Under the pieces are notes generated by a model that ran no database searches, was not told where the DNA came from, and saw only the letters and a list, made by a program, of their open reading frames with translations. Positions 41,495-51,236 of a stretch of DNA of 64,000 bases are shown here, piece by piece; within the stretch, counting starts at the first letter, position 1, and each line of letters begins with the position of its first letter. Made by a program: the position numbers and the translations under genes. Source of the DNA: Bacteriovoracia bacterium (GTDB lineage Bacteria; Bdellovibrionota; UBA1018; JBFWNL01); contig JBFWNL010000007.1 in NCBI GenBank assembly GCA_050251055.1, forward strand, positions 161,612 through 225,611, written 5' to 3'.

Positions 41495-41860
41495 CTATTT
41501 CGAAATAGGATTTGTAATTAAGCGATCAAGTTCCTCCCTGAGATAACGATTTCGTCGCCCAAGTTTGTGAACTCGAACTTGTCCTCGGTAGACCATGTTT
41601 TTGATAGCGCTACCTGATACCCGCAGATACTGAGCCGCTTCGCTAGTTGTAAGCCATCTTACAGACTCTAGCGATTCGTTCCGTTCGCGAACACTTCTCA
41701 TTTCAAAGACCGATCGATGCGCTAATACTTCTTTAGAAGGCGCACCAATAACATTGGCTGACATTAGCCCAAGTTCGTGTCTCCAGCTAGATTTCTTTGG
41801 CCTTCTGTTGGACCGGGATGTCATAGAACCTGAGTCAATACGATTGCTAGAATAGTTCAT
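41495..41860 (-). CDS. Excisionase-like HTH_17 protein
   Basis: WLTTSEAAQYLRVS..KLGRRNRYLREELD; true start may be downstream of the ORF start. Confidence 0.78.
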   Translation of the reverse strand: MNYSSNRIDSGSMTSRSNRRPKKSSWRHELGLMSANVIGAPSKEVLAHRSVFEMRSVRERNESLESVRWLTTSEAAQYLRVSGSAIKNMVYRGQVRVHKLGRRNRYLREELDRLITNPISK

Positions 41861-41885
41861 CGAATTTCCCTTCCGGTTTGTGAGT

Positions 41886-43250
41886 CTACTGTTTCTGAAT
41901 CTGAATTTTTTCCATTTCCCAAGGTGTGGATTTCCAACTGTTAGGATCTAAGGCGGATTCGTCGGTGTACAAGGTGGTGAGTAAAAGGGGGGAGACGGTG
42001 GTCACGGAGATGCCATTCCGCACAATATAAGTATTTAGATCTATCCAGTTTTCTTGGATGTCCCATCTTCCGCGACAGGCCTTTTTTGTGCCTGGAATAG
42101 ATCGCTGCTTTTCCCACAAGTAGCAGCTAAAGCCGCCCCTGGTAAAACCTCCCAGGAAGTCATGGCAACTTTTAGCCCCCAAGCAAACATTCGAGTTCCA
42201 ACCCGGTTGGCACTCCTCCCAAATTCCATCGAACTCTTGACGTCCTCTAACGCTGCTGCAGGTTGCGCTACAATTTTTCAGAACCTTGATCGTACTGCTC
42301 TGGATTGCTGGGGGAGATGACACGGTCAGGCGATTTGAGTTTGCCCCATCGAAGTAAATAGCGACTTTTTTAATAGATTTTCCGGCAAGCGGAATGTTTG
42401 TAGCAGAGTAATGATAGGGGTTGAGAAGATCAGTAGAAGAATCATCTACCGCAAAGGCTAAACTCCCACTGATGGTCTCTTCCCGTGAGGTTAGTGTGTA
42501 GTTGCCGCCACATTCGTCTGGATTGGTGAAGCGCTGAAAGATCGTTTCATTGAGAACTATCTTACCGGTGGCCGTCGATCTGTGAAATCCGGTAACGGTG
42601 ATTGCCGATTCATTCGGATTGGTGATTTCTAGCGTAGCGATAGCCGTTAAAGATAAGCTTTTTTCGAAGACTGTTTTTGGAAGGTGTTCAATTGCGTCAT
42701 GAAGATGCATTTTAATCGAAGCGGACTTTGGTTCAGTGCGAATCAAGAGCGATGCGACTAGAAGCACGCGAAGATTATCATCAAGGAACTCGATATTAAT
42801 ATTCGCAGTCGACTCCGACTCAGCTTTTAAGACCGAGCTGATCGGAAACAGCTCCATCGTTATTTGGGTTTGATTCTCCCGCGCCTCTTTAGTGACTAAC
42901 TTTGGCTCAAGAATAGTTTTCGATTTGGTTTCCGAGTTTTCATAAGCGGATATTTTAGATATCCCAGTTCCTAGGGATTCTTTTGGAAATAAGAGCTGGA
43001 CCGTAATGGTGTCCGGAACCTGCACGGGAAGGGTTACTGGCGTGCTGTTGAGAGCCAACCAATATCTGGAGTCTGTCGACTGCTTAACTTTAAGTTCGCG
43101 CGTAACTTGAATAGGCTGAGAGTCCTGAACCCAAGAGACGGTTACGCTGCCCATAGGAGATGAAGCTTGAGCACTCTCCGTCGATTTTGGCGGGTCTTGA
43201 AATGCACACCCCCAAAGTAAGATTGCTATAAAAAATAGATTTAATTTCAT
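41886..43250 (-). CDS. Hypothetical lipoprotein with Cys-rich C-terminal insert
   Basis: LWGC lipobox; GAGG RBS; at the end of the transfer operon. Confidence 0.6.
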   Translation of the reverse strand: MKLNLFFIAILLWGCAFQDPPKSTESAQASSPMGSVTVSWVQDSQPIQVTRELKVKQSTDSRYWLALNSTPVTLPVQVPDTITVQLLFPKESLGTGISKISAYENSETKSKTILEPKLVTKEARENQTQITMELFPISSVLKAESESTANINIEFLDDNLRVLLVASLLIRTEPKSASIKMHLHDAIEHLPKTVFEKSLSLTAIATLEITNPNESAITVTGFHRSTATGKIVLNETIFQRFTNPDECGGNYTLTSREETISGSLAFAVDDSSTDLLNPYHYSATNIPLAGKSIKKVAIYFDGANSNRLTVSSPPAIQSSTIKVLKNCSATCSSVRGRQEFDGIWEECQPGWNSNVCLGAKSCHDFLGGFTRGGFSCYLWEKQRSIPGTKKACRGRWDIQENWIDLNTYIVRNGISVTTVSPLLLTTLYTDESALDPNSWKSTPWEMEKIQIQKQ

Positions 43251-43260
43251 TCAGTTCCTC

Positions 43261-44757
43261 CTAGTTTGAAATTCCTGCGATATGCCAGGCGTCTACGCTT
43301 GCCGCATCTTTTTGAGGCGATGCTTCTGTACGAATTCCCACGGGATTGAGTTCTTCTATGCTGTTGCTCCGAGCGCCTGTGCCTCGCATCATCGGCCCGT
43401 CGGATGAATTAGCCGCCGGGGTCTCCATATCGCTAATAGAGAATCTTGATTTTACGAGTCGAGTGAGTTGGTCTGTTTTTACCGAAAGCACGTACTCGCC
43501 GATTTTTAGGTTCTTTATCTGATCAGGGGTAACGATGAATTCTTGAACATCTCGATTTGACGACATTCCGGTACTGGACCCATTTTGAGTTTGATAAGTG
43601 CGCTTGGTGCTTTTCTTAGTGCCAATAAAACGCGACCATCTTTCGGCATCATCTGGATCATCCTGTCGAAAAATAAAGCGAACATTGCAGTTTCCAAGGA
43701 TTTGACCAGAGAAGTCTGGGCTAATCCGGTTCAGATCCGAAAGTGTCTGATGTGCAATGTGGATCATGAAACTACTAGAGCGAGCTTTATTTAAGAAAGT
43801 AGCAAAGCTCTCGGTTGCGAATGCGTCAAATTCATCAATATATACAGAAAATGGTTTATCGGTTCTTAGGCTTGGAAATACTTTCCTGAGCCCAGAGACA
43901 AGCATAAGTTCTTGAGTCAGCAACCTGCCTATGCGTGAACTTTGAACCTTCTTCGATTCGGTCGGAAGATCTACGAATAAGATTTGACTATTTTGAGTAA
44001 GGTTAAGGAAGTTGATTTCGGACTTTTTTGGATTTCGGTCGAATAAAGGGGCCCACTCACCATTTGCGAGATTAAAGAGGTCTAAAAAGAGCCCTTCTAC
44101 TTTTTCGTTTTTACCGGATCCGCTATTGGCAAGGTTACCAACCTCTTGAATAGCATTGTGGATGGTAAAGCCCGTTGGTCTATTTGAAGTGAGCTTTGTA
44201 AATACTTCTAGGAGAATCTTCTCGCACCACTTTGCATAGTGGGGTTCTGAATAAATCGCGGAATTGTAGAACTTGCTTTGTAGTTCAGAGGCGTTTCCTA
44301 GACCGCAAGGATTCCACCAATATGACTCCGCTAGGTGGGTCGATGAAAATAGTTGTAAGTCGTTCGCTCGCGCGTGTTTGCTACACTCCCATTTGACCCG
44401 TTCAAATAGTTCGCGGTCTCCTTTGGGATCTACAATCAGGCACCCGTGGCCTCGCTTGATGTCTTCGATCAGTAGTTTTTCAAGGAGTACTGTCTTGCCG
44501 CTACCGGTTGCTCCTACAATATGGGTGTGGCGAAGGCGTGCCGCGTTGGCCAGGATTTCTCCATCGACCCGGATGGAATCTTCTTTGTTTCTTTTGAGAA
44601 GTCTATTTAGAAGTCTTGAGACTCCAGATGGACGCAGTTTGAAAGCAAAAATCAGAATTAGATATAAAATTAATATCGTTCCGACGCTCCATTGCTCTCG
44701 GGTGAATTCAATAAAATTTGGATCATCCTTAACCTGGGCCGTACGGTTTTTAGTCAT
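43261..44757 (-). CDS. Type IV coupling protein (VirD4/TraD-like)
   Basis: N-terminal TM, HTHIVGATGSGKT, VDPKGD, YIDEF, AHQTLSDL. Confidence 0.88.
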   Translation of the reverse strand: MTKNRTAQVKDDPNFIEFTREQWSVGTILILYLILIFAFKLRPSGVSRLLNRLLKRNKEDSIRVDGEILANAARLRHTHIVGATGSGKTVLLEKLLIEDIKRGHGCLIVDPKGDRELFERVKWECSKHARANDLQLFSSTHLAESYWWNPCGLGNASELQSKFYNSAIYSEPHYAKWCEKILLEVFTKLTSNRPTGFTIHNAIQEVGNLANSGSGKNEKVEGLFLDLFNLANGEWAPLFDRNPKKSEINFLNLTQNSQILFVDLPTESKKVQSSRIGRLLTQELMLVSGLRKVFPSLRTDKPFSVYIDEFDAFATESFATFLNKARSSSFMIHIAHQTLSDLNRISPDFSGQILGNCNVRFIFRQDDPDDAERWSRFIGTKKSTKRTYQTQNGSSTGMSSNRDVQEFIVTPDQIKNLKIGEYVLSVKTDQLTRLVKSRFSISDMETPAANSSDGPMMRGTGARSNSIEELNPVGIRTEASPQKDAASVDAWHIAGISN

Positions 44758-45461
44758 GGAAATTCTCGCCGTTGGAACCAATCGAGTTCTCCACGAATGG
44801 TCCATACGGTTGGCCACCCATATCGAAGAGAAGTCCAGTCCACTACGCCAAGCGGTTTGGTTGGCGATGCTTGACCCACAAATTTCTTAAGCGTATTTGC
44901 TAAGTCTTGATCCTTAGCGACGTAGAGGACAGCGAATACAGATGGGGTAGCCGCCCACCGGTTGGCTAATTCTATAAATCGCGTTTTTCCTTTTTCTGAA
45001 TTTTCTACTTCTAGGGCAATCCCAAGGCCGGAAGGGAAGAAGAAAAGCCCGTCAGGTATTTGCGGGTAGTCTCCCTCCTTGATTGCTCGTTCGCAGACAA
45101 ACCGGGCATTCCAAATGGAACCCAGCCTAAGTCGGACCGCAGTGACCAGCCCGTCGTGGAGAAGCGTCGCCATAGAGAGAGTCTTCAGTCCGTTAATTTT
45201 AGGCGCCCCTTCGGCTTGAGCGATATCCTTTCCTCTGGAGGTAACCCGATAGATCAGTTCTTTAGGATTGAGGGGAGATGGGGCCTTATACCAGAAGCCC
45301 GACTTAGCTAAAGCACCGGCGCGTCGGATCGCCTCCTTGCCACTTTTGTTGTTGGGATAGAACTCTCGAATGTGTGGCATGGTCAAGAATTGCTGCTCGT
45401 AGCAGATGCGCAGCATAGCTCTGTCCCGGCTTTGGATTTGGATCACTTCTTCTCCCCCCAT
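44754..45461 (-). CDS. Replication-relaxation (Replic_Relax) family putative relaxase
   Basis: wHTH N-terminus (RDRAML..FLT), LLHD, IPDG, IALEVE; coupled to the T4CP gene. Confidence 0.7.
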   Translation of the reverse strand: MGGEEVIQIQSRDRAMLRICYEQQFLTMPHIREFYPNNKSGKEAIRRAGALAKSGFWYKAPSPLNPKELIYRVTSRGKDIAQAEGAPKINGLKTLSMATLLHDGLVTAVRLRLGSIWNARFVCERAIKEGDYPQIPDGLFFFPSGLGIALEVENSEKGKTRFIELANRWAATPSVFAVLYVAKDQDLANTLKKFVGQASPTKPLGVVDWTSLRYGWPTVWTIRGELDWFQRREFP

Positions 45462-45488
45462 TTCACCCCAAGATTTAGTTGAAAACTT

Positions 45489-45641
45489 CCGCCCGCGATT
45501 ACCTGGTTAGGGTCTGGTTTAGTTTTCCGTCCTGGGAACCGACCCCGCTCTCGTAACATCGTGGAGAGGGCGGGGTCGGTTCCCAGGACGCGGGATGGGT
45601 GCTCGGCAACCATCCCGAATTCATTGCAGAATCGCGGGCGG
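45489..45641. repeat. Nested inverted repeats, candidate oriT
   Basis: 12-bp IR 45489-45500/45630-45641 enclosing a perfect 21-bp IR 45528-45548/45570-45590 and a hairpin at 45591-45617. Confidence 0.7.
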
Positions 45642-45705
45642 GCACGACACGTTGCTTGCCGATCCCAGGTGTGGGGATGGGTGTGGGAGAAGGAGTGAGT
45701 TGGAA

Positions 45706-46209
45706 TCATTTGTTTTCTTCCGCCGGCGGACTTACGAGCGGCTTGCTTATGAGTTCAGCTGCTCGCTTGATGCGATATACTTTGTGCGGTTCATGAAGGG
45801 TGCCGTCTTCCGAGAGCGTATCGACCTCGTGGGCTTCCTCGATGACCACCGGCTGCAATCGGTGTTTCAAAAAATCGGGAAGATTACCCGTTTCGATCGG
45901 ATTTTCGACACGGTAAAAGGATGAGCTCGACGCGGGTTTATCTCGCCCTTCCAGGGCTCCTATCTCCTCTCCCTTAAGCTCTTTGGGTTCAGTCAGGGCA
46001 GCGATCAGCCCTCCTGCCAAGGCACCTGAGAGGCCGAAGACCAGAGCGTTCATTCCTCGACTCTCTTGATTTGGTGAAAGGAGAGAACCCCCGGCGGCAC
46101 CACCAAGAGCCCCAATTGCAGCCCCAGTTCCTAGGCGACTAGCGCCCCGGAGAGTTGCGCAACCACTGAGCTGGAGCATTAAGAAAATTGCGACTATTCG
46201 AAGCATCAA
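45706..46209 (-). CDS. Conjugation lipoprotein (glycine zipper, TraV-like)
   Basis: LSGC lipobox, GAAIGALGGAAGG, LHEPHKVYRI. Confidence 0.6.
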   Translation of the reverse strand: MMLRIVAIFLMLQLSGCATLRGASRLGTGAAIGALGGAAGGSLLSPNQESRGMNALVFGLSGALAGGLIAALTEPKELKGEEIGALEGRDKPASSSSFYRVENPIETGNLPDFLKHRLQPVVIEEAHEVDTLSEDGTLHEPHKVYRIKRAAELISKPLVSPPAEENK

Positions 46210-46979
46210 AACCGTACCTCCTCTTGCACCATGACGGAAACATTTGTTCCCGCTTCGACGATTAAAATAGGCTTTTCCTGAGTAGCTTCTTCGATCATCC
46301 GCTTAGATTGGTCGGCGGCAGTCTGAGCAACACCTTGGAGAACTGCATTTCTTCCCGTAGGCTGTGTTTGGCTAAAGCCAAACGGGCTAGCAGTTGTGGT
46401 TTGAGATCCGGCGGCTATCCCGGAGATGAAGCTTGCGGCCATACTTCCGGCGAGAGCTAGCGCCTTCCCGCTAACCACTTGGGCGGCGAGACCAAACGCT
46501 CCATCGGCATCAAGCGCCACCCCCTGCAGCGGAAATGCTTTTCCCGTTTGAAAGACAATCTTCTGAATTTCTATGGACACTCGGCCTTGAGTACCCGCTT
46601 GCTTAGCCAGACCAATTAACCTGAGGTCAGAGGCAAAACTTTGATCGTCTTTTAGAATGATAATGACAGGGGATCCATCTGCTCCGATAACCAAGCGATT
46701 CAGAATCGTTCCATAAAGTAGTTTTCCCACCTGAAGTCTGACGGGTAGCTCGGATAAATGGACACGGAATAGAGGAGATAACTTGTGCTTAGGGCTTTGC
46801 CCTGCTTCTCCAGGCGAAGTTTCTGCCTGGGAAGCTCCGAGTTCACGCAGAATCGCATCCGTTGACCTCTGGCTATTGTCTAGTTTCCTTAGCGCATGTT
46901 GATACTGAAAATCGGACATGGCCATTGCCGGGGTATTCAGGGAAATTTCTATGCAGACGAGCAAGCTCCAAAATTTCAT
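46206..46979 (-). CDS. TrbI/VirB10-like protein
   Basis: LIGLAK..RVSIEI..ALDADGAFGL..ILIVEAGTNVSV. Confidence 0.75.
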   Translation of the reverse strand: MKFWSLLVCIEISLNTPAMAMSDFQYQHALRKLDNSQRSTDAILRELGASQAETSPGEAGQSPKHKLSPLFRVHLSELPVRLQVGKLLYGTILNRLVIGADGSPVIIILKDDQSFASDLRLIGLAKQAGTQGRVSIEIQKIVFQTGKAFPLQGVALDADGAFGLAAQVVSGKALALAGSMAASFISGIAAGSQTTTASPFGFSQTQPTGRNAVLQGVAQTAADQSKRMIEEATQEKPILIVEAGTNVSVMVQEEVRF

Positions 46980-48080
46980 TTATTTTTGACCTTTCAATTC
47001 AACTTGTAAGCTTCCTAAAGCGGGTGTCTCAGAGGAAAGGGAAACTAACGTTTTGACGGAGCCAGACGACGTCTCTAAAATTAGGTTAGTCTTACCAGTG
47101 CTAGACAACGGCTTGAGGAGGACTGCGCAGCCTACTTCTTTTGGCAGAGCCTCTAGCTGCACAATTTGTTCGTTACCGATGGAAGAAGTAAGCAATCTGC
47201 CTTCGCAGCGCACTTTGGTGATAAATCCAGAAAACAAGGTAATGTTCTCTGAGGCGTTGACACGAACAGGAAGCAGGCAAACCAGAGCGGCTACGGCAAG
47301 AGGGTTCTTCGTGGCTGCGATCCTAGCTATTTTAGTCGCTATACCGATGCCTTTTCTCGGAATGCTGCTCAAACCCTGTTGAGCGTTAAAGTCTCCCGAA
47401 AAAGCTCCGGTTAAGAAACGGTGGACCACCGTCGGAATCATGCACATCAACAGAATTGCCACGACTTCGATCGCTATCAGTTGGACGCCAAGTCCTTCAA
47501 AGTCGTCCAGATATCTTTTTGCGGCTACCCCAGAGATTCGCTCGATAAGAGTTAAAAATGGAATCCATAGACATAGTTCGACGGCGTAAATGCAAATGTT
47601 GATGAGCATTCGCGGAAATACCGGAAATACACCGCATGCTAACGGCGCGGTGAAGAGAAGTAGTTCCCAGAGAACAGCTTTTGCGCTTTTCAAGATGAAG
47701 CCAATCAAGAGAAAAACTAGCTCGATTGCTGCTTTGATCACCCCCCACACCCCCAGGATATGTCCGAGGAACTGATTACCGACTGAAAACTTCAAGCCGG
47801 ACTCTTCGGAGGATTTTTTCAAGGCCTCACTTAAGAGTTCTTTCAGTCCAATTCCTGGAATTTCGCTAAGCTTGGTATTTAGCATCTCCGAAAGAGAATT
47901 CAGGCCAGCAGCTAAATCACGAAAAAAAACGAGCCCAAAAAAAGCGATGATCAGCCTTTCAAATGCCACGTCAAGTCCAAGGCGATTTCGCATACTCAGT
48001 AGGAGCGTGTATGCGAATGCACCGAGTAATAAGGTCTGACCTAGAGGGATTAATATGGAGGCAGTTGCAGGATCCTTCAT
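46980..48080 (-). CDS. VirB6-like polytopic membrane protein fused to a beta-sandwich domain
   Basis: Multiple TMs, then signal-like segment and LLKPL..GKTNLILET domain. Confidence 0.6.
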   Translation of the reverse strand: MKDPATASILIPLGQTLLLGAFAYTLLLSMRNRLGLDVAFERLIIAFFGLVFFRDLAAGLNSLSEMLNTKLSEIPGIGLKELLSEALKKSSEESGLKFSVGNQFLGHILGVWGVIKAAIELVFLLIGFILKSAKAVLWELLLFTAPLACGVFPVFPRMLINICIYAVELCLWIPFLTLIERISGVAAKRYLDDFEGLGVQLIAIEVVAILLMCMIPTVVHRFLTGAFSGDFNAQQGLSSIPRKGIGIATKIARIAATKNPLAVAALVCLLPVRVNASENITLFSGFITKVRCEGRLLTSSIGNEQIVQLEALPKEVGCAVLLKPLSSTGKTNLILETSSGSVKTLVSLSSETPALGSLQVELKGQK

Positions 48081-48763
48081 TTTCTGACTCCTTTTCGATT
48101 TGTCTGACGAAATAGTTCACGCTCAAAATTACCCCGCCGGAGACGTTCGAGTTGCCGGCGTTGTTCAAGTTCGGTTTTCTGAAACTCAAGTTGGAGAGCT
48201 TGTAGTTGAACTATCTGGGCTAAGGTCTGAAGCTGGACGCCTTGAGACACCATCTGCGCGCTAGAGGCAGCGGCATTGATTTGATTTGCCCGCCCTGGAG
48301 ATGCGGTTTGCGATTCTTGCGCGAGTTGTGAGCCTGTAGAAATCATTTCTTGGCCCATCTTGTATGTGGTGTCCCCTTGGAGAGAGCTCTTGGAAATAGC
48401 CTGCTCAGCCAAGTCGATCTTTGCGTCTATAACGGAGTCAATCAACGATTTGACGTCTTTGACTCTTGTGAGCAAGTCATTTAGATCAGAAATGGACTTC
48501 ACTTCCTTTGGATCCAGTCCTTGTGAGCGCTCTAGAATGGACTGCAGGGTTCGTATTTGAGTTACCGTCTTTTCGATTCCAGAGTTGAGCTGAATCAGAA
48601 GATTCTGTTGGTCCTTCGCGACCCCGAGTTGTTCTGTAAGTCTTTCGATTTCCTGAATCTGCCCGGCTACTAGTTCAAATAATGGAGCCAACTCCTCTCC
48701 GAACAAGGCGGAAGCGCTTGGTACTTGGAAAAATAGGAAGGTTAAAAGGATTAGACCGCGCAT
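48077..48763 (-). CDS. TrbJ/VirB5-like secreted coiled-coil protein
   Basis: Signal peptide, Gln-rich coiled coils, position between VirB4 and VirB6. Confidence 0.6.
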   Translation of the reverse strand: MRGLILLTFLFFQVPSASALFGEELAPLFELVAGQIQEIERLTEQLGVAKDQQNLLIQLNSGIEKTVTQIRTLQSILERSQGLDPKEVKSISDLNDLLTRVKDVKSLIDSVIDAKIDLAEQAISKSSLQGDTTYKMGQEMISTGSQLAQESQTASPGRANQINAAASSAQMVSQGVQLQTLAQIVQLQALQLEFQKTELEQRRQLERLRRGNFERELFRQTNRKGVRK

Positions 48764-50580
48764 TTTCGCACGTCCTTCCTTAAGTGAATAAGCTCCTCCC
48801 GAATATTGTCTGTCCGGAATAGATCGTATTCTTCTCGAGTTGGGTAGAGTCGCCCATATCTGGATAGAAATGGCGTTTTGATTAGAGATTCAGAGAATTC
48901 TCCTTTTCTTTGCTTTAAACGGCTCGCTAAGGCGAATTCTCGTTCATTGAGTGAAAGAACTCCTTGGTACTTGCTTAGGTCTTCTCCTTGGCGGAGTAAG
49001 ACTCGAACGGGTGCATTCTGGCAGATGCTTTGACCGCTGGTATCGGAAAGGAAGTCGCCCAGGCTTTGAGTAATTGCTATGACCGCCCCGTTGAGTTTAC
49101 GAAACTCACGGAACGCGCGTTGCACTAGTACTGGCTCATCACGCATGAAATTCCAGCATTCATCTAGAACTAGATAAAAAGGATGAAGGGTGTTCCGCGT
49201 TCGAAGGTATGTTTCTACCCTAGATAGAAGCAGGTGAATCGCCAACTTCTTTTCAGAAAGATCTAGATCGGACAGTTCTATCCCCGAGAACGTTTTGACA
49301 TTGGACCATGTGGTAGGCAGCTGGCCGATCTGTTTTTCGAAATCCCCCAGCGTATTGGGTTCGTAATATGGAAATCCTAGATTGGTAATGACCCTACGAA
49401 AGCTTCGATTGTGATCGACGAACAGAACAGATATTTTTTCTCCACTTTCTATGAGTCGCTTCAGAATCAGGCCAGTGAAGAAGCTTTTCCCGCTTCCGGA
49501 GGCGCCGATCACTAGCCAGTGCAGAGCCTCTAATCGCGGATCTGTCGGAGAAAAATAGAGGGAATTTCCACGTGTGCTTCGGAGCAAGGCGGTTCCCCCC
49601 TCATTAGCATCCACTAGGTTAGGAATTAGGTCCGCAGCGGTTGTCAGTCGGACTAAGTGAGAGCGGTGTGAACGCTTTCGGATGCCTAAGGCTGAGATCA
49701 GCGCTAGGGTCTTGCTTGTTAGAGTTTTCTCCTGGTGGAAATATTCGGGATCAAGGTCCAGTCTTTCGGATGAAACTATGACCACCGTTATTTCAGTGAT
49801 CCGCTCGTCACCTCTAGATAGGCCTTCTAAGACATGCGTAGCTTCTTGAAAGCTAATCTCCGAGTCGACATTAGAAATAGGGTCGGTTGAGGCTGAATTA
49901 CTTCTTCGAGCAACTTCTATTTGCTTTTTTGCCGTCGCTTGATCGACTCCTTTAATGGAAACGATCAACTTGAATGTCTGAGCACACTTTGCATACATCC
50001 ACAGCGTCCACATGGGATGCGTGTGAACTGGCAGACGAACCAGAGAGTAGGCGTAGTCCGAAGGTGACGCATAGTTATTTACCAAAGTCGAAAAATCAGT
50101 TTTTCGACACATAGGAAATTCACCTGAGCATACTATTTGTTTGGCGCTCATTCCTTGCAGGGTCTGAGTAAACTCGAAAACCCCGGATTGACCCGGTCTG
50201 AATCCCGACAAAGAATCGGCCAACTCTTCTTTCGCTCTGATCTGCTCCGATTGGTCTAACGTATCGGGAAAATGCAACTCAAGGGGTGAGGGAATGGCCT
50301 TCATCTTTCCGGTTGAGCCTTCAGATCTCCTCAGCCTTTCGATCCAGAAAATGGGAAGCTCTTCCCACCCTGGTTGAGCAAGCTTTGAAGTGATTCTGAG
50401 ACCAACGTACCCTGCTATTCCAAGGGAGAGTGAAATCAGGTTTCCTGAGGGTATGCTCCCAAGGGCAATCGAAGATAGAAGCGTAACGAATGATAAAGCG
50501 CAGACTCCAAAAAACGGAACTCCAAGGACGAGGGGACGCCTTAATAAGTTGCGAGCCGTTGGCTCGTTATAATTTCTCAT
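48751..50580 (-). CDS. VirB3-VirB4 fusion ATPase
   Basis: LRRPLVLGVP plus 2 TM; GASGSGKS, FVDHNRS, LDECW, RKLNG..ITQS. Confidence 0.8.
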   Translation of the reverse strand: MRNYNEPTARNLLRRPLVLGVPFFGVCALSFVTLLSSIALGSIPSGNLISLSLGIAGYVGLRITSKLAQPGWEELPIFWIERLRRSEGSTGKMKAIPSPLELHFPDTLDQSEQIRAKEELADSLSGFRPGQSGVFEFTQTLQGMSAKQIVCSGEFPMCRKTDFSTLVNNYASPSDYAYSLVRLPVHTHPMWTLWMYAKCAQTFKLIVSIKGVDQATAKKQIEVARRSNSASTDPISNVDSEISFQEATHVLEGLSRGDERITEITVVIVSSERLDLDPEYFHQEKTLTSKTLALISALGIRKRSHRSHLVRLTTAADLIPNLVDANEGGTALLRSTRGNSLYFSPTDPRLEALHWLVIGASGSGKSFFTGLILKRLIESGEKISVLFVDHNRSFRRVITNLGFPYYEPNTLGDFEKQIGQLPTTWSNVKTFSGIELSDLDLSEKKLAIHLLLSRVETYLRTRNTLHPFYLVLDECWNFMRDEPVLVQRAFREFRKLNGAVIAITQSLGDFLSDTSGQSICQNAPVRVLLRQGEDLSKYQGVLSLNEREFALASRLKQRKGEFSESLIKTPFLSRYGRLYPTREEYDLFRTDNIREELIHLRKDVRKCAV

Positions 50581-50582
50581 GC

Positions 50583-51095
50583 TTAGCGTACCTGTTGGCT
50601 GATTAAATTCCAGACGCCGGCTAAGCCAAGGAGGCAAGTTAAGGCGATGACCACTCTGAACGTTTCATTTTTGGCGTTTGGATCACCTTGGATATGGGCG
50701 AATATGTTTTTCCCTAAGTAGCCGAGCGCTAGGATGGGAAGAATTCGTCCGGTGAACACCGTCACTAAGTTCCGTAAGGATTGCTCTATGTCGGCCGCAT
50801 GAGCGGAGTCCGGGGTAAAGATGCCCGCAGTTACCAGGGCCAATACTCCGAGGGTGTATGGCCCTGGATTTCGCATGAACTCGATTACTGTTTGGTCTTC
50901 GGATCGTCTTTCATGCTGCGCCCGGAAGAGTCCGTCCAGCTCTTCACTCAGGGCTTTCAAGTCGCAAAGCTCGCCTGGCGGAATGGAGTTGAGCCTAGTC
51001 TCTATCGCATCCAAGTGCGCTTCTTCGAGTGCGCGAAAGAGTTTGTGATTAAGGGGATTCCTGGTTTTTGGTCTTGGGAACACGAACACCTCCAT
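50583..51095 (-). CDS. TrbC/VirB2-like pilin with N-terminal extension
   Basis: SAHA|A processing site, two hydrophobic helices, directly before VirB3/4. Confidence 0.65.
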   Translation of the reverse strand: MEVFVFPRPKTRNPLNHKLFRALEEAHLDAIETRLNSIPPGELCDLKALSEELDGLFRAQHERRSEDQTVIEFMRNPGPYTLGVLALVTAGIFTPDSAHAADIEQSLRNLVTVFTGRILPILALGYLGKNIFAHIQGDPNAKNETFRVVIALTCLLGLAGVWNLISQQVR

Positions 51096-51184
51096 ATGGA
51101 AAACTCCAGTGAGTTTGCCGGGATATAAGTCCGTGCTTGTCGACAGTCCGATTTTCGGCTATGTATTGAGGCGTCAGCAATGAC

Positions 51185-51236
51185 GGCTCATGCTTCCTCT
51201 GTTACAGCAGAGGGTCAACAAGCGTGGGCCTTTTTT
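51185..51236 (+). terminator. Plus-strand terminator-like structure antisense to the transfer operon leader
   Basis: GGCTCATGCTT/AAGCGTGGGCC (G-U pairs work only on +) followed by T6. Confidence 0.55.

Noticed and set aside
45443-45709. 88-aa ORF in the tra operon gap
   Set aside because: No recognisable features and it coincides with the nested palindromes; more likely non-coding, though not excluded
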